From an uncultured Actinomycetes bacterium (lineage in GTDB: Bacteria > Actinomycetota > Acidimicrobiia > IMCC26256 > PALSA-610), in assembly GCA_963784845.1 (NCBI GenBank), contig CAWASN010000007.1, positions 1,169,200-1,233,199 of the forward strand: a stretch of DNA of 64,000 nt, given 5' to 3'. Below the pieces are notes generated by a model. It was not told where the DNA came from. It searched no databases and worked only from the letters and a program-made list of their open reading frames with translations. The position numbers and the translations under genes are program-made. This document shows positions 42,859-55,121 of this stretch, in pieces (position 1 is the first letter of the stretch; every line of letters starts with the position of its first letter).

Positions 42859-43953
42859 GTCGCGCACCCGTCCGAGCGAGGGTTCGAGCTGGGCCGCGTC
42901 GTCCGCGGTGACGGTGACGTGCCCGAGTTTGCGCCCGGGCCGCTCGGCCTTGCCGTAGTCGTGCAGGTGGGCTCCCGGTACGCGCAACACGGCCTCGCGG
43001 TCGGGCATGACGCCGATGCAATTCACCATCGCGCTCACGCCGCGCGCCGAGGTGGCGCCGAGCGGCAAGCCGAGGATCGCGCGGAGGTGGTTCTCGAATT
43101 GGCTCGTCTCGGCTCCGTCGATCGTCCAGTGCCCGGAGTTGTGCACCCGCGGCGCGATCTCGTTCGCGAGCAACTCCGTGCCCGTGTCGAACAGCTCGAC
43201 GCAGCACACCCCGACGTAGTCGAGATCGGCGAGCAGAGGAAGGATCGCGGCTTGCGCGCGGGTCTGGAGCTCGTCGTCGAGGCCGGGCGCGGGCGCTCGG
43301 GTGAGTCGCAGGATGCCGTTGCGATGATGGTTCTCCATGACGGGCCAACACGCGACGTCGCCATCTCGGGCACGCACCGCGATGATCGAGAGCTCGCGTC
43401 CGAACTTGACGAATCCCTCGAGGATGCACGGGACCTCCCCGAGTCGTGCCCAGGTCGCCTCGAGCTCGTCCGCGGCGCCGCCGGTCGGCTGGTTCAGCAC
43501 GACCTGACCCTTGCCGTCGTACCCGCCCCGCCGGGTCTTGAGGACTGCGGGCAGGCCGAGCGCGTCGACGCCGGCGCGCAGGTCGGCGGCGGAATCGACC
43601 GCCCGGAACGGCGCGGTCGCGATCCCGAGCGCGCGTAACGCCTGCTTCTCGACGATCCGGTCCTGGGAAACGTCGAGGGCGGCCGCCGACGGTGACAGGG
43701 GGGCAAGGTCCTCGAGCGAACGGGCGGTGGCGGCGGGGACGCCTTCCCACTCGTAGGTGATGACGCTGGCGCCTGTCGCCAACCGGCGGGCGGCCGCGAC
43801 GTCCTCGAGCGCACCGACGACCAGATCACCAACCGCCGCGCCGGGCGCATCCGCGGCCGGGTCGAGGAACGCGAAAGAACAGCCCAACGGAATCCCGGCC
43901 AGGCCCAGCATGCGCCCGAGCTGGCCCCCGCCCAACACCGCAACCCGCGCCAT
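42832..43953 (-). CDS. purK: N5-carboxyaminoimidazole ribonucleotide synthase
   Basis: GGGQLGRML, GGYDGKGQ, NEIAPRVHNSGH, RKLGHV. Confidence 0.95.
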   Translation of the reverse strand: MARVAVLGGGQLGRMLGLAGIPLGCSFAFLDPAADAPGAAVGDLVVGALEDVAAARRLATGASVITYEWEGVPAATARSLEDLAPLSPSAAALDVSQDRIVEKQALRALGIATAPFRAVDSAADLRAGVDALGLPAVLKTRRGGYDGKGQVVLNQPTGGAADELEATWARLGEVPCILEGFVKFGRELSIIAVRARDGDVACWPVMENHHRNGILRLTRAPAPGLDDELQTRAQAAILPLLADLDYVGVCCVELFDTGTELLANEIAPRVHNSGHWTIDGAETSQFENHLRAILGLPLGATSARGVSAMVNCIGVMPDREAVLRVPGAHLHDYGKAERPGRKLGHVTVTADDAAQLEPSLGRVRDLCDRAGLA

Positions 43954-44001
43954 GCCGCGGCACGATACCTGTCGCTCGGAACGATGTCGGGAGCGGACGG
44001 A

Positions 44002-45133
44002 TCAGGCCTCGAGCGCGAGCGGCACGATCTGCGGGTCGACGAGGGCAGGTTCCTCGAGCCGAAGCGAATCGATCTTGTCGAGCGGGCGTTGCAGCGCGCG
44101 GTGGCGGGTGGTCATGAGCGTCGCGTATTCCTTGGCGACACTGTCGAAACGTTGCTGGACGCGGTCGAGCTGACCGGAATACTTCTCCCACTGCAGCGAG
44201 AACTCGCGCAGGAGCCCGAGGATCTCGTTCGAGGTTCGTTCGAGCCGGAAGTTGTCGACCGCCTGGCGCACGACTGCGAGCACCGCGTACAGCGTGAGCG
44301 GGGAGCACAGCACGATCTTGTGCCGCATGGCATCGTCGATCGCGTCGCGATCGTTCTCCTGCACGAACGCGTATACCTGTTCGTTCGGGATGAACAAGAG
44401 CAGACAGTCGACCGTCTCGTCGGTTGCATCGAGGTAACCCCGAGTCGTGAGCTCCTTCACGCGGTCGCGGACGTCCCGCAGGAACTGGTCGCGAAAGCGC
44501 GCGCGTTCGACATCGTTGGTCGCTTCGAGATGACGGACGTAGTTGTCCAGTGGGAACTTCACGTCCATGTGCATCACGAGGCCGTTGGGCAGCAGAAACG
44601 TGTAGTCGGGGCGTCCCGCGCCCGCGAGCGTGGCCTGCTTGCGGTAATTCACGCCCTCGAGGAAGCCCGCGAGCTGCAACACGTCCTCGGCCATCCGCTC
44701 TCCCCACTGGCCCCGCACCCGGGAGCTCGCGAGCGCTTCGCGCAGCTGGTGCGTGTGCTCCGACGAGCGCGTTGAGCCCTTCGTGCTGGCGCTTGAGCTC
44801 GTTCGTCAGCTGGCCGAACGACGTATGGCGGTCGTGTTCGAGCTCGCGGACGAGCAGGTTGACCTTGCCGAGCTCATCGGTCATCGAGACCAGCTGCTGG
44901 TCGATCAGCCCCTTCTTGGCGTCGAGCTCGGAGGTGGCGCGGAGGCGCTCCTGTTCGAGGAGGACGCGGTTGGCCTCGATGAGCTGAGTGACGACCGCGT
45001 GGGTATCGGGGGCGGGTGGCGCGTCCACTCGGGCCCGACGATGCCGCGCCCGCTCCGCCGTCAGCAGCAGCGCGCCGACCCCGCATCCGAGCACGCAGCC
45101 GCCGACCAGGCCCAGAACGAGTGCAATCACCAT
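44002..45133 (-). CDS. rmuC: DNA recombination protein RmuC, frameshifted
   Basis: N-terminal TM and coiled coil, RGQWGE, RPD, DVKFP, FIPNE. Confidence 0.9.
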
Positions 45134-45163
45134 GGCGGCGACCCTAACGACAGGGTGTGACAG

Positions 45164-45728
45164 TTACGCCGATCGCGCCGACACGGACGAGGCCGTGGTG
45201 TCGAGCACCGGGATAGCCCCGTCGCCGAGCATCGAGGCGACGATCGCGCGCACCGGGCCGTGCCGCTCTCGCTCGTAGCTCACCACACGTTGGTTGAAGG
45301 CGGTGGAGGCGTCGCCCGACGGATCGGCCAGGAACTGGGCCTCGGCGGTGAGGATCGCGGCATTCCCCTTCACCCGGGGAGAGGCCTCGGCGGTGGCGAG
45401 CATCCGCCGGGCGAGACCCTCGACGTCGTTCGCCGCGCCCACCTGGGCCGCGAGCGAACCATGAGGCCGGACGTCACGCCAACGCGCGAGTGCGGCGTCG
45501 ACCTCGCTCACGAGTGTGTGCACAGGGCCGGGAATCGGTCGAAGGTTGGTGTCGACGACGGCCAACAGATCGTAACGGTGATCGAGCTGGCCCGATGCCG
45601 ACGTCCACGCCGAGTCGACGTCGCGCTTGGCGCGTTGGAGATCAGGGCGTGCGCTCAGCACCGACGATCCGGCACCGACCACGGCGGCCACGATCAGGAC
45701 GGGAACCAGCACGCGTATCGACGCGCAT
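45164..45728 (-). CDS. LemA-like membrane protein
   Basis: TM, VDSAW...RYDLL, FNQRVVSY...P..IVA. Confidence 0.6.
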
Positions 45729-45864
45729 CACGTGCATGACCGACGACCCTAGTCGTGGAGGCGTCGGAATTCCGGGCATGCGGCCCCTCGGGAGCTTCGT
45801 CGCGAGGCCCGTGGGAAGGGCTCGTGGCCGAAGTAGGGTCTCGCCCGGTAGAAGGAGCGCGAAC

Positions 45865-47283
45865 ATGGCACGGATCGTCGTCATCGGCGGTGGGATCGGC
45901 GGGCTGACGAGCGGGATGTTGCTCGCGCGCGACGGGCACGAGGTGACGGTGCTCGAGCGCGACGGCGCGCCACCTCCCTCGTCGGCGGACGACGCGTGGA
46001 ACACCTGGGAGCGCCGCGGCGTCAATCAGTTCCGCATGATCCACCTCTTCGCCTCGCGCTTTCGCTCTCTCGTCGAGGCCGAGCTCCCGGAGGTCGTAGC
46101 CGAAGCCGAAGCGCTCGGAGCGATCCGCTACAACGCGATGGAGCTCGTGCCCCAGGAAGTGTCGGGGGGATACCGCGAGGCCGACGCGCAATTCGCGATG
46201 CTCTCGGCGCGCCGACCCGTCATGGAGACCGCTCTCGCGACCGCCGCCGCGCGTCTCACCGGGCTCGAGGTACGGCGCGGGGTCGCCGTCACGGGGTTGT
46301 CGAGCGACGGCGAGCTCACCGAAGGCGTTCCTCACGTCGTCGGCGTCCGGACGGACACCGGTGAGGAGATCCTTGCCGATCTCGTCGTCGACGCGTCGGG
46401 TCGTCGTTCGCCGTTGCCGGCGATGCTCGACGCCGTCGGTGCCCGCGCGCCGGCGGAAGAGATCGACGACTCCGGGTTCATCTATTACGGCCGGCACTTC
46501 CGGTCTGCCGACGGCAGCATTCCGCCGCTCATGTGCGGAATCCTCATGCCGTGGGGCACGGTGTCGACGCTGACGCTGCCGGCCGACAACGGCACCTGGG
46601 GGCTGGGCATCATCGCGAGCTCGAAGGACGCGGCGATGCGCGGTCTGAAAGACGTCGACACGTGGATGCGCACGTGGCGTTCCTTTCCGCTCGTCGCGCA
46701 CTGGGCCGACGGCGAGCCCCTCGACGACGAGATCGCGGTCATGGCCAAGATCGCGGACCGGCACCGTTCGTTCGTGGTGGACGGCATTCCGGTTGCCACC
46801 GGGGTGATCGCGGTCGCCGACTCCTGGGCGTGCACGAACCCGTCGCTCGGACGTGGCGCTTCGATCGGGCTGATGCACGCCGCTCGCGCTGCGCGACCTC
46901 TTGCAGGTCGCGTCGATCGACGTTCCGACGGAGCTCGCGCAACGATGGCACGAGGTCACCGAGTCGACGGTGGAGCCCTACTACCGCGCCACGCTCGACT
47001 TCGACCGGCACCGTCTCGCCGAGATCGAGGCGGGCATCGAGGCAGGCCCTACGACCCGGGCGATCCGCAATACGAGATGACCCGAGCCCTCGCGTCTGCC
47101 GCGGGCAAGGACCCGGAGCTGTTCCGGGCGGCGCTCAAGATCGCTACGGTGCTCACCTGCCCCGACGACGTCTTCGCCGAGCCCGGCGTCGCCGAGAAGG
47201 TCCTCGAGCTCGGCTCGGGCTGGCGCGACGACCCGACGTTCGCGCCGACCCGCGAAGAGTTGCTTTCCATCGTGACCGGCTGA
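45865..47283 (+). CDS. FAD-dependent oxidoreductase, frameshifted
   Basis: IGGGIGG, VLERD, VDASGRRS, TNPSLGRG. Confidence 0.85.
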   Translation: MARIVVIGGGIGGLTSGMLLARDGHEVTVLERDGAPPPSSADDAWNTWERRGVNQFRMIHLFASRFRSLVEAELPEVVAEAEALGAIRYNAMELVPQEVSGGYREADAQFAMLSARRPVMETALATAAARLTGLEVRRGVAVTGLSSDGELTEGVPHVVGVRTDTGEEILADLVVDASGRRSPLPAMLDAVGARAPAEEIDDSGFIYYGRHFRSADGSIPPLMCGILMPWGTVSTLTLPADNGTWGLGIIASSKDAAMRGLKDVDTWMRTWRSFPLVAHWADGEPLDDEIAVMAKIADRHRSFVVDGIPVATGVIAVADSWACTNPSLGRGASIGLMHAARAARPLAGRVDRRSDGARATMARGHRVDGGALLPRHARLRPAPSRRDRGGHRGRPYDPGDPQYEMTRALASAAGKDPELFRAALKIATVLTCPDDVFAEPGVAEKVLELGSGWRDDPTFAPTREELLSIVTG

Positions 47284-47296
47284 AAGGCGTCAACAG

Positions 47297-48109
47297 ATGC
47301 GGGTCGACTCCAGTGGCGTGACCCTCGACGTGCAGGTCGAGGGCACGGGCCGTCCGGTCCTGTTGTTGCACGGCTTCCCCGACACCAAGCGCCTGTGGTC
47401 GCAGCAGGTCCCGGCTCTGGTCGAGGCCGGGTTCCAGGTGATCGTCCCCGACCAGCGCGGTTACGGCGCCAGTGACAAGCCGGCCGACGTCGCGGCGTAT
47501 TCCATCCCGTTCCTCGCGATCGACGTGACCGCGATCCTCGACCACCTCGGGCTCGAGCGCGCTCACGTGGTCGGGCACGATTGGGGCGCCGCGGTCGCCT
47601 GGGCGACGGCCGCGTTCGCGCCCGAGCGCGTCGACCACCTGGTCGCGCTGTCGGTCGGTCATCCGAGCGCGTTCGGGAGCAGCGGACTACGCCAGCGGGA
47701 GAAGTCCTGGTACATGCTGCTCTTCCAATTCACCGGGGTCGCCGAGCAGTGGCTGACGATGAACGACTGGGCGAACTTCCGGGACTGGTCGCAGCATCCC
47801 GACGTCGACGGGGTGATCGCCGATCTCGTGCGCGACGGGTCGCTCACCACGGGTCTCGACTGGTACCGGGCCAACATCCCGCCCCAGTCGCTCGTCGAGC
47901 CGCCGCTCGAGCTGCCCCCGATCCAGTCGCCGACGATGGGCGTGTGGAGCAGCGGTGACTTCGCGCTGCTGGAAGAGCAGATGACCGCCTCCGCCGACTT
48001 CTGCGCCGCCGGGTTCCGCTACGAGCGGGTCGAGGGGCCGGGCCACTGGATGCAGTGGGAGGCGCCGGAGAAGGTCAACGCGTTGCTGGTCGACTTCTTG
48101 GAGCATTAG
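47297..48109 (+). CDS. Alpha/beta hydrolase (epoxide hydrolase-like)
   Basis: LHGFP, DQRGYG, GHDWG, GHW. Confidence 0.92.
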   Translation: MRVDSSGVTLDVQVEGTGRPVLLLHGFPDTKRLWSQQVPALVEAGFQVIVPDQRGYGASDKPADVAAYSIPFLAIDVTAILDHLGLERAHVVGHDWGAAVAWATAAFAPERVDHLVALSVGHPSAFGSSGLRQREKSWYMLLFQFTGVAEQWLTMNDWANFRDWSQHPDVDGVIADLVRDGSLTTGLDWYRANIPPQSLVEPPLELPPIQSPTMGVWSSGDFALLEEQMTASADFCAAGFRYERVEGPGHWMQWEAPEKVNALLVDFLEH

Positions 48110-48197
48110 CCGCGCGGGTTTCCCGGCCGGGCCTGCCCGACCCCCGGTGTGCCACAATCCGTCAAGACACGCTCAAGAGTGTGGTCATGAACTCGGG

Positions 48198-49494
48198 ATG
48201 ACCGGATCGGCGGGCACGGCTCTTCGCCTTTTGGGGCCTGCACAGGAGGCGGAGTTGAGGATCGACGCGGGCGATACGGCCTGGGTTTGTGTGTCGGCGG
48301 CGCTCGTCATGTTCATGACGCCGGGACTCGCCTTCTTCTACGGCGGCATGGTGCGGGCCAAGAACGTGCTCGCGATGCTGATGCAGAACTTCTTCAGCCT
48401 CGGGCTCGTGAGCGTGCTGTGGGCGGTCGTGGTGTACTCGCTCGCGTTCGGCGGCACGAGTCGGTGGATCGGCAACCTCGATTTCTTGTGGCTCGGTCAC
48501 TTCCACACCGCGCCACCGGGGCTGGCGCTCACGATCCCTCCGTCGCTCTACATGGCGTACCAGATGATGTTCGCGGTCATCACGCCTGCACTGATCACCG
48601 GTGCGATCGCCGACCGCATGAGGTTCGGCGCGTGGGTCTGGTTCCTCGGGCTCTGGGTGGTCCTCGTGTACGCCCCGATCGCGCACTGGGTGTTCGCGCC
48701 GGCAGGGTGGCTCGCTCGACGCGGTGCGCTCGATTTCGCGGGCGGCACCGTCGTGCACATCAACGCGGGGATCGCCGCGCTCGCGGTCGTGCTCGTGATC
48801 GGCCGGCGTCGCGGTTCGGCCCAGGACCCCGATGCCGCCCCATTCGCTGCCCCTCACGCTGCTCGGGACCGGGATCTTGTGGTTCGGCTGGTTCGGCTTC
48901 AACGCGGGCTCGGCGCTCGGTGCCAATGGCCTTGCCGCCCAGGCGTTCGTCAACACGCAGTTGGCGGCCGCGGCCGCGATGCTCGGCTGGCTGCTCATCG
49001 AGCGACTGCACGGTGGTCACGCCACGACGCTGGGCGCCGCCTCGGGTGCGGTCGCGGGCCTCGTCGCGATCACGCCGTGTGCCGGTTTCGTGGGCGGCAT
49101 GTCACCGGTTGCCATCGGATTCGTCACCGGACTGGTCTGCTACGCGGCCGTCAACGTGAAGTTCAAGCTCCACTTCGACGACGCGCTCGACGTGGTCGGA
49201 GTGCACCTCGTCGGGGGGATCGTCGGCTCGGTCCTGTTGGGTCTGTTCGCGGACAAGCACGTGAACGGAGCCGGCAGGAACGGCGTGTTCCTCGGCGGCG
49301 GTTGGGGGCTGCTCGGCGAGCAATTTCTCGCGGTCGCGGTCACGCTCGTCTACTCGTTCGTGATGACCGGCGCGATCGTCTGGGTCCTCGCCCGGGTGCT
49401 CCCGGACGGCGTTCGCGTCAACTCTGACGAAGAGGACTCGGGACTCGATCTCGCCGAACACTCCGAGACCGGCTACACGTTCGCCGAAAGGTGA
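48198..49494 (+). CDS. amt: Ammonium transporter, frameshift ~48815
   Basis: GDTAW, FYGGMVR, DFAGGTVVH, WFGWFGFNAGS, DDALDV..VH. Confidence 0.93.
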
Positions 49495-49743
49495 TTCACG
49501 CCGACGCCGTGCCCGAAATGTGTCGGTATAGTCGATGCGGGGTCCGGGCCCAGAGGCCAACGGGACGCGCCGGTCATGGTGAGCCGGCCCGCCCTCCGGG
49601 AGCTCCTTCCCCGGGATTTCCGGCCTGGTAGGCGCCGAGGCCACGGAGCGTCACAGGGGTGTCACCGCGCGCGACGCCGCCTGTGCGCCAATAGGTCTTG
49701 TGCACAGCAACCGTGTCCGCCGGCAGGCCTCCGCGAGTCACCG

Positions 49744-50502
49744 GTGACCGACACCGAGACCCCGACCGTCGACGACATCCACAAGAGCCTGGCGGTCTCG
49801 GTCCTCGACACCTTCACCTTCTGCGCCGGGGACAAGGCACTCGCCCTACCGAGCGGGTCGCGCAAGCTTCTCGCGTTCTTGGCGCTCAGGGGCCGCCCCG
49901 CCACCAGGCACCTCGTCGCTTCTACGCTCTGGCCGGAGGCGCCACCCCAGGACGCCGCGAGCAGTCTGCGTTCGGCCCTGTGGCGTCTCAAGCCGATCGC
50001 GAGCGCCGCGGTCGTCGTCGAGGACCTCGATCTGAGCCCACACCCGGATGTTCGCGTCGACATCCGGGACTCTCGGGCGTTGGCGCATCGTCTGCTGGAC
50101 CCGACGTGCGAGATCCTGCCCCAAGACGAGACCGCGGCCGCGGTGGCCTCGCTGTCGGTCGATCTGCTCCCCGGCTGGTACGACGACTGGGTCGTGATCG
50201 AGAACGAGGAGTGGCATCAACTGCGGTTGCACACGCTCGAGGCGATGGCGGCGCACCTGACGCTCAAAGGCAGATGGGCGGAAGCCGTGATCGCGGCGCT
50301 GGCCGCGATCCGGGCCGAGCCGTTGCGGGAGAGCGCGCACGGCGCGCTCATCAAGGTGTTCCTTGCCGAAGGCAACCAGATGGAGGCGCTCGAGGCGTTC
50401 AACCGTTACCGGGCAATGTTGAAGGCCGAGCTCGGGATCGCGCCGACCGCGCAGCTGACCGGCCTGGTGAGCAATCTCGGCCGCCGGCACTCTGACCCCT
50501 GA
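49744..50502 (+). CDS. BTAD-domain (SARP/AfsR-like) transcriptional regulator
   Basis: LLAFLAL, LWP...SLRSALWRL, LLPGWYDDW, EPLRESAH, ELGIAP. Confidence 0.88.
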   Translation: MTDTETPTVDDIHKSLAVSVLDTFTFCAGDKALALPSGSRKLLAFLALRGRPATRHLVASTLWPEAPPQDAASSLRSALWRLKPIASAAVVVEDLDLSPHPDVRVDIRDSRALAHRLLDPTCEILPQDETAAAVASLSVDLLPGWYDDWVVIENEEWHQLRLHTLEAMAAHLTLKGRWAEAVIAALAAIRAEPLRESAHGALIKVFLAEGNQMEALEAFNRYRAMLKAELGIAPTAQLTGLVSNLGRRHSDP

Positions 50503-50562
50503 GCGAGGGGCTCGGCGCCGCCACGGATTCCGATGGGCGCAGCCCGTTGCTAGGGTGCATCC

Positions 50563-51085
50563 ATGGCTCTTTCCCGAGCCGCCTGCGCGACGCTCGCCGT
50601 CGCCCTGCTCGGGAGCGCCGGGTGGGGTTGGCGTTCCGGTGCTCGTGCCGCGGCGAAATTCGACGCGACCGTCGTGCACGTCTCCGACGGCGACACGATC
50701 ACCGTGAAGTTCGGCACGGGGGATGCCGGCGATCGCACTGAACGCGTGCGGATTCTCGGGGCGGACACACCGGAGACGGTCGATCCCCGCAAGCCGGTGC
50801 AGTGCTACGGGCCGGAGGCGAGCGCGCACACCAAGGAGCGGTTGCGCCCGGGTTTGCACATCGTGCTCGAGACCGACGTCGAGCCGAGGGACAAGTACGG
50901 CCGCCTGCTCGCGTACGTGTATGTCGAAGGTGCGCGCTACGACGACGAGCTCTTGCGTCTCGGTTTGGCGAGACTCCTGATCATCGCGCCCAACGGCATG
51001 TACGCCGCGCGCGATGTTGGGCGCCGAGCTCGAAGCCCGCGCCGCGCGGCGCGGCCTCTGGGGCGCCTGCGACCACTCCAGGTAG
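50563..51085 (+). CDS. Secreted thermonuclease (SNase) family protein, frameshift near the C-terminus
   Basis: Signal peptide, DGDT, RILGADTPE, DKYGRLLAYV, GLWG. Confidence 0.9.
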
Positions 51086-51134
51086 CAGGCCGCGACGTAG
51101 AAAGCCGCACCGTGTCTCTTCGCTGAAGGGTCCG

Positions 51135-53673
51135 TCAGTGAGCGTGGCCGCGCCGGTGGTCGAACTCCAGCACCTGCTGGAACGTCGGCCGGTTCGTCGC
51201 GCGCATCGTGTTCGGGATCAGGCCGGGCGTGAAGCCTGTGCGCGACGCGGTGCTCCGCCACGCACCCGGATCGGGGCCGTTGACGGCGGCGAGCTGTGTG
51301 GCGACCTGATCGACGACGGCCCACAGCGACGTCCGGCACGCGGTCAGCGATCCCTTTCCGCAGTACCGGAGGTGAAACGGTCCCTTCACCGGCTCGTGAA
51401 GCAGAGTGCGGAGGTCCTTGTCGACGAACGACTCGCCGGAGAGGCCGCCGAGGTCGCGAATGTTGTCGAGATCGCTCGTGAGCGCTCCGTACACCGGTCG
51501 CATCACCGCGTCCGCGACCTTCGGCCACAGCGCGTCCATGATCGTCGGGCCGGCGTCGTCGTATTGGCCGTTGTTGTCGGCATCGAGGCGCGGCGCGTCA
51601 CGGCGCACCCAGTCGTCGAGCACGCTCACGACCTTGGCATCCAACGCGTTCGGCGCCGCGCTCCGTGCAGGACCTTGCTGACAACGGGCCAAACCGGCGA
51701 GCGCACGTCTTGGGTCGCGGCGCGATTCATGACGCCGACGTCCTCGGCGAGGGTGACCCGACGCGGGAAGTCGTCGAAGAGCTCGACGCGGTGCACCGAT
51801 CCGAGCGGTGTGTCGTCGCCGTGCATGAAACCGGGTGCCGATTTGTTGTTCCAGTTCAGCAACAAGTCTCCGGGTCCACCGACGTCGTGCGGGTGCTCGT
51901 CGCGGGTGAGGAATCCGCGCCACTCGTACGTCGCCGGTTCCGAGCGTGGGAAGACCACGGTCGAGGCCGGGTGCGCGGCGGGGAAGCAGTCCCGACGAGA
52001 AGTACGCGGTCGCTTGGCGCGACACGTACGCCCAGTTGAAGGTGAATCCGAACTCGTTCGCCGTCGACCAGAAGCGTTGGGGCGTAGTCGCCTGCCCGTC
52101 GGTCATGTCCTTGAGCGCGGCGAGGTTGAGCCCGTCACGACCGAACGTCGAACGTTGGCGCGTGAGCGCGATCGGTCGACCGTGCGACGTCGCGGTACCG
52201 ATCACGGGCCCGTGGACCGACGTCGGGTAGCGGATCGGCGTGCCATTGAGCGTGCCGGCGTCGAACATCGTGAACGGAATGGCACTTGCCCTTGAACATG
52301 TAGTGGTCGGATCGGCGGGTCGACGGGACTGCCGTCGGGGTTGCAGAGTTGCTCGGCGAACACGTCGCGGACGTCGTGGTCCGCGGACGTGAGGCTCCAG
52401 GCGTAGTCGCGCGTGCGGCCGATCAGCAGGTACATCGCGGCACCGGGGACGGCGACGCCTTGGGCCTCGACGCCGGGCCCGGAGAGATGGATCTGCTCCA
52501 CGATCTCCGGGTAGTAGTAGCCGAGCTGCGGTCCCATCACCGCGAGGCTGTCGTGGGTGGCCGATCGTTGCGGCGCGACGACGAGGAAGTTCGAAGCCTG
52601 TTTCGACGGCACCGGTCCGGCCGCCGGATACGTCGACCCGTCGCCCGGCGTGGTGGTCGCGGTACGCGCCGTCGCGATCGCCGGCGCCGCCGCGGCGGCC
52701 GCAGGCTGACGCGGGTCGAGCGACACGATCGATCCTTCGTCGATCGAAACCGAACCGGTGACGCGCCCGCCGGTGAACTCGCCGTACGCGAAGGTGCGAT
52801 TGGTGGTGGTCGGCGCTTCGGGGTCGTTGAACAACATTGCGTCGTCCCACGCCTTGCGACCGAGGTCGGTGCCCATGTGGTTCTGCAACTCGGAGAGGAA
52901 CTGCGCATTCGTGGCTTCGGCGCCGCCTCCCGCGCCGAAGATCGATCCGATGAACGCGGTGACTGCGATGACATCGTTCACCGTCGCCGGTGGTTGGTCG
53001 ATATGGTTTGCCGCCCAATAGGCGTTGATGCCGTCCGCCTCGGCTTGGGCCTCGGCGATGATCTCACGGCCCTTGTTGCCATAGGTCTGGACGATGAGCT
53101 TCGCCTGGTCGGTCACGAGCTGTTCGGTTTGCGCGCTCGGCACGAACGACTGGCCGCTCGTGACGAGACCGAACGCGTTGATGCCGGGTACATCCGCGAC
53201 CGCGGACACGCGCCGGGCCGCGTCCGAGTTGGAGCAGCAAGCCGCGATCGCGAGCAGTGACCCAGCCCGCTCCGAACGCGAGATCGGCACGGGTCTTGCC
53301 GGTGATGTGCGGGACGCCGTACGAGTCGTAGACGATCGTCGTTCCCGGCCTTCCGGTCGGTTCGACGTGCGTCGCGCCCACCGGCTCGAAGTTCTCGGGC
53401 AGGAAGTGTTGGGTGATGTCGGTGTCCGAGATGTTGGCGCGTAGGGGTGTGAGCCCGTCGTAGAGCGGTAGCTGATCGAGCGACTGAGTGGTCGTCGGCA
53501 AGCCGCCGAAGTTGCCCGGCGGCAGCACGTAGTACCGCGCAATCACGCGAGGTCTCGCGGTGTCCCTCGCGGTGTGAGCTCGGGCTTGCCGCTGACGGGC
53601 TCCCCAATCCCACGGCGACGACGACCGCCAGCGCGGCGGCCACGGTCCCACCTCGACGAACCCCGAACTTCAT
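51135..53673 (-). CDS. Secreted penicillin acylase family Ntn-hydrolase, frameshifted
   Basis: DSYGVPHI, ASNF nucleophile site, GPQLGY, NWNNK, NRPTFQQV. Confidence 0.88.
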
Positions 53674-53761
53674 GCTCGACCCCCCCCGTCCGATGTGGGG
53701 GTCTAGCACTTCGGCGGCTGATCGACCATCAACCGGTACGGCGGCCCGGGGCCGGCGGGCA

Positions 53762-55116
53762 TCAGCTGGTGCTGGCGAGGATCTCGTCGACGATGTCGAG
53801 GGTCGTGTTCGGATGGAGGAAGGCGAGGCGGGCGACCGTCTCGTCGTGCCAGCGTGTCGGCACGACGAGCGCCACCTGGTCACGTGAGAGCTGCGCCGAC
53901 CACGCCGCGTACCGGGCCGCGCTCCACCCTGCGCGACGGAACAGGACGACCGACAGCTCGGGCTCGCGCACGAGCTCGAGGTGGGGGAGCGCGCGGATGC
54001 GGTCGACCGCAGCCCTGGTCGTCGCGAGGACTTGCTCGACCGCGGTCCGGGTACGCGTCCGAGCCGTGGACGGCCAGCGAGAACCAAAAGGGCAGCCCAC
54101 GGGCGCGCCGTGTGAGCTGGTATGCATAGTCGCCCGGGTTCCAACCGCCGACGCTCGTCGTTCACCGAGTCGAGATACGCCGCGTGCTGACCGTGCACCG
54201 ACCGTGCGAGCTCGGGATCGCGGTACAGGAGCGCCGCGCAGTCGAGGGGCGCGTACAACCACTTGTGCGGATCGATCACGAGCGAGTCGCAGCGCTCGAT
54301 CCCGACGAATGCGGGGCGGGCCGACGGGGCGAGCAGCGCACCACCTCCGTACGCGGCATCGACGTGCATCCACAATCCTCGCTCGACGCAGATGCGGGCG
54401 ATCCCCTCGAGGTCGTCGACCAGGCCCGCGTTCGTGCTGCCCGCATTGGCCACGACCGCGGACACCACCGAGGGATCCGGGCAGGTGTCGAGCGCGGCGC
54501 CGAGCGCTTCGCCGGTCAGGCGGTCGTCGACCAGCGGCACGAGGAGCGGATCGACGTCGAGCAGATGCATGGTGTTGCGCACCGACGAGTGTGTGTCAGA
54601 GGTCACCGCGAACTGCAGCCGCCGCCGGGCCTCGCCGAGCCGCCGCCGACCCGCGTCTCGGGCGACCGCGAGCGCGGAGAGGTTCGCCGCAGAACCGCCC
54701 TGAACGAAGGTCCCTCCCGCGCCTACGGGCATGCCGGCGAGATCCGCGATGAAGCGCAGCGCTTCGTTCTCGGCCCACACGGCACCCGCCGACTCGATCC
54801 ACGAGACCCCGCTGATCGACGCGAGCGACACGACCGCGTCGAAGAGCATCGACGCCTTCGTCGGCGCGGACGGGATCCACGCCAAAAAGCGCGGGCTGTC
54901 GGCCCGGATCACCGCGGGTGCCAGGACCGAGGTGAACAGCTCGAGCACGACCTTCGGGTCGTTACCGCGCGTGTTGATCAGCTTGCGGGCCCGGGTGGCG
55001 AGCTCGGAAGGCTGCACCGTTCCATTGAGCGGGGTCGGGTCGAGGGCTGTCAGTTCCCGGAGGAGCTCGATGATCGTGTCCGCGAGCTGTTTCGTCGCGG
55101 CATCGAACTCGTGCAT
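53762..55116 (-). CDS. Group II PLP-dependent amino-acid decarboxylase, frameshifted
   Basis: GTFVQGGSAAN, HVDAAYGG, DPHKWL. Confidence 0.9.
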
Positions 55117-55121
55117 CCCGC

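Noticed and set aside
45490-45864. Long N-terminal extensions in the ORF track (also 9601, 11372, 36595)
   Set aside because: Domain starts plus SD or leaderless signals indicate downstream starts
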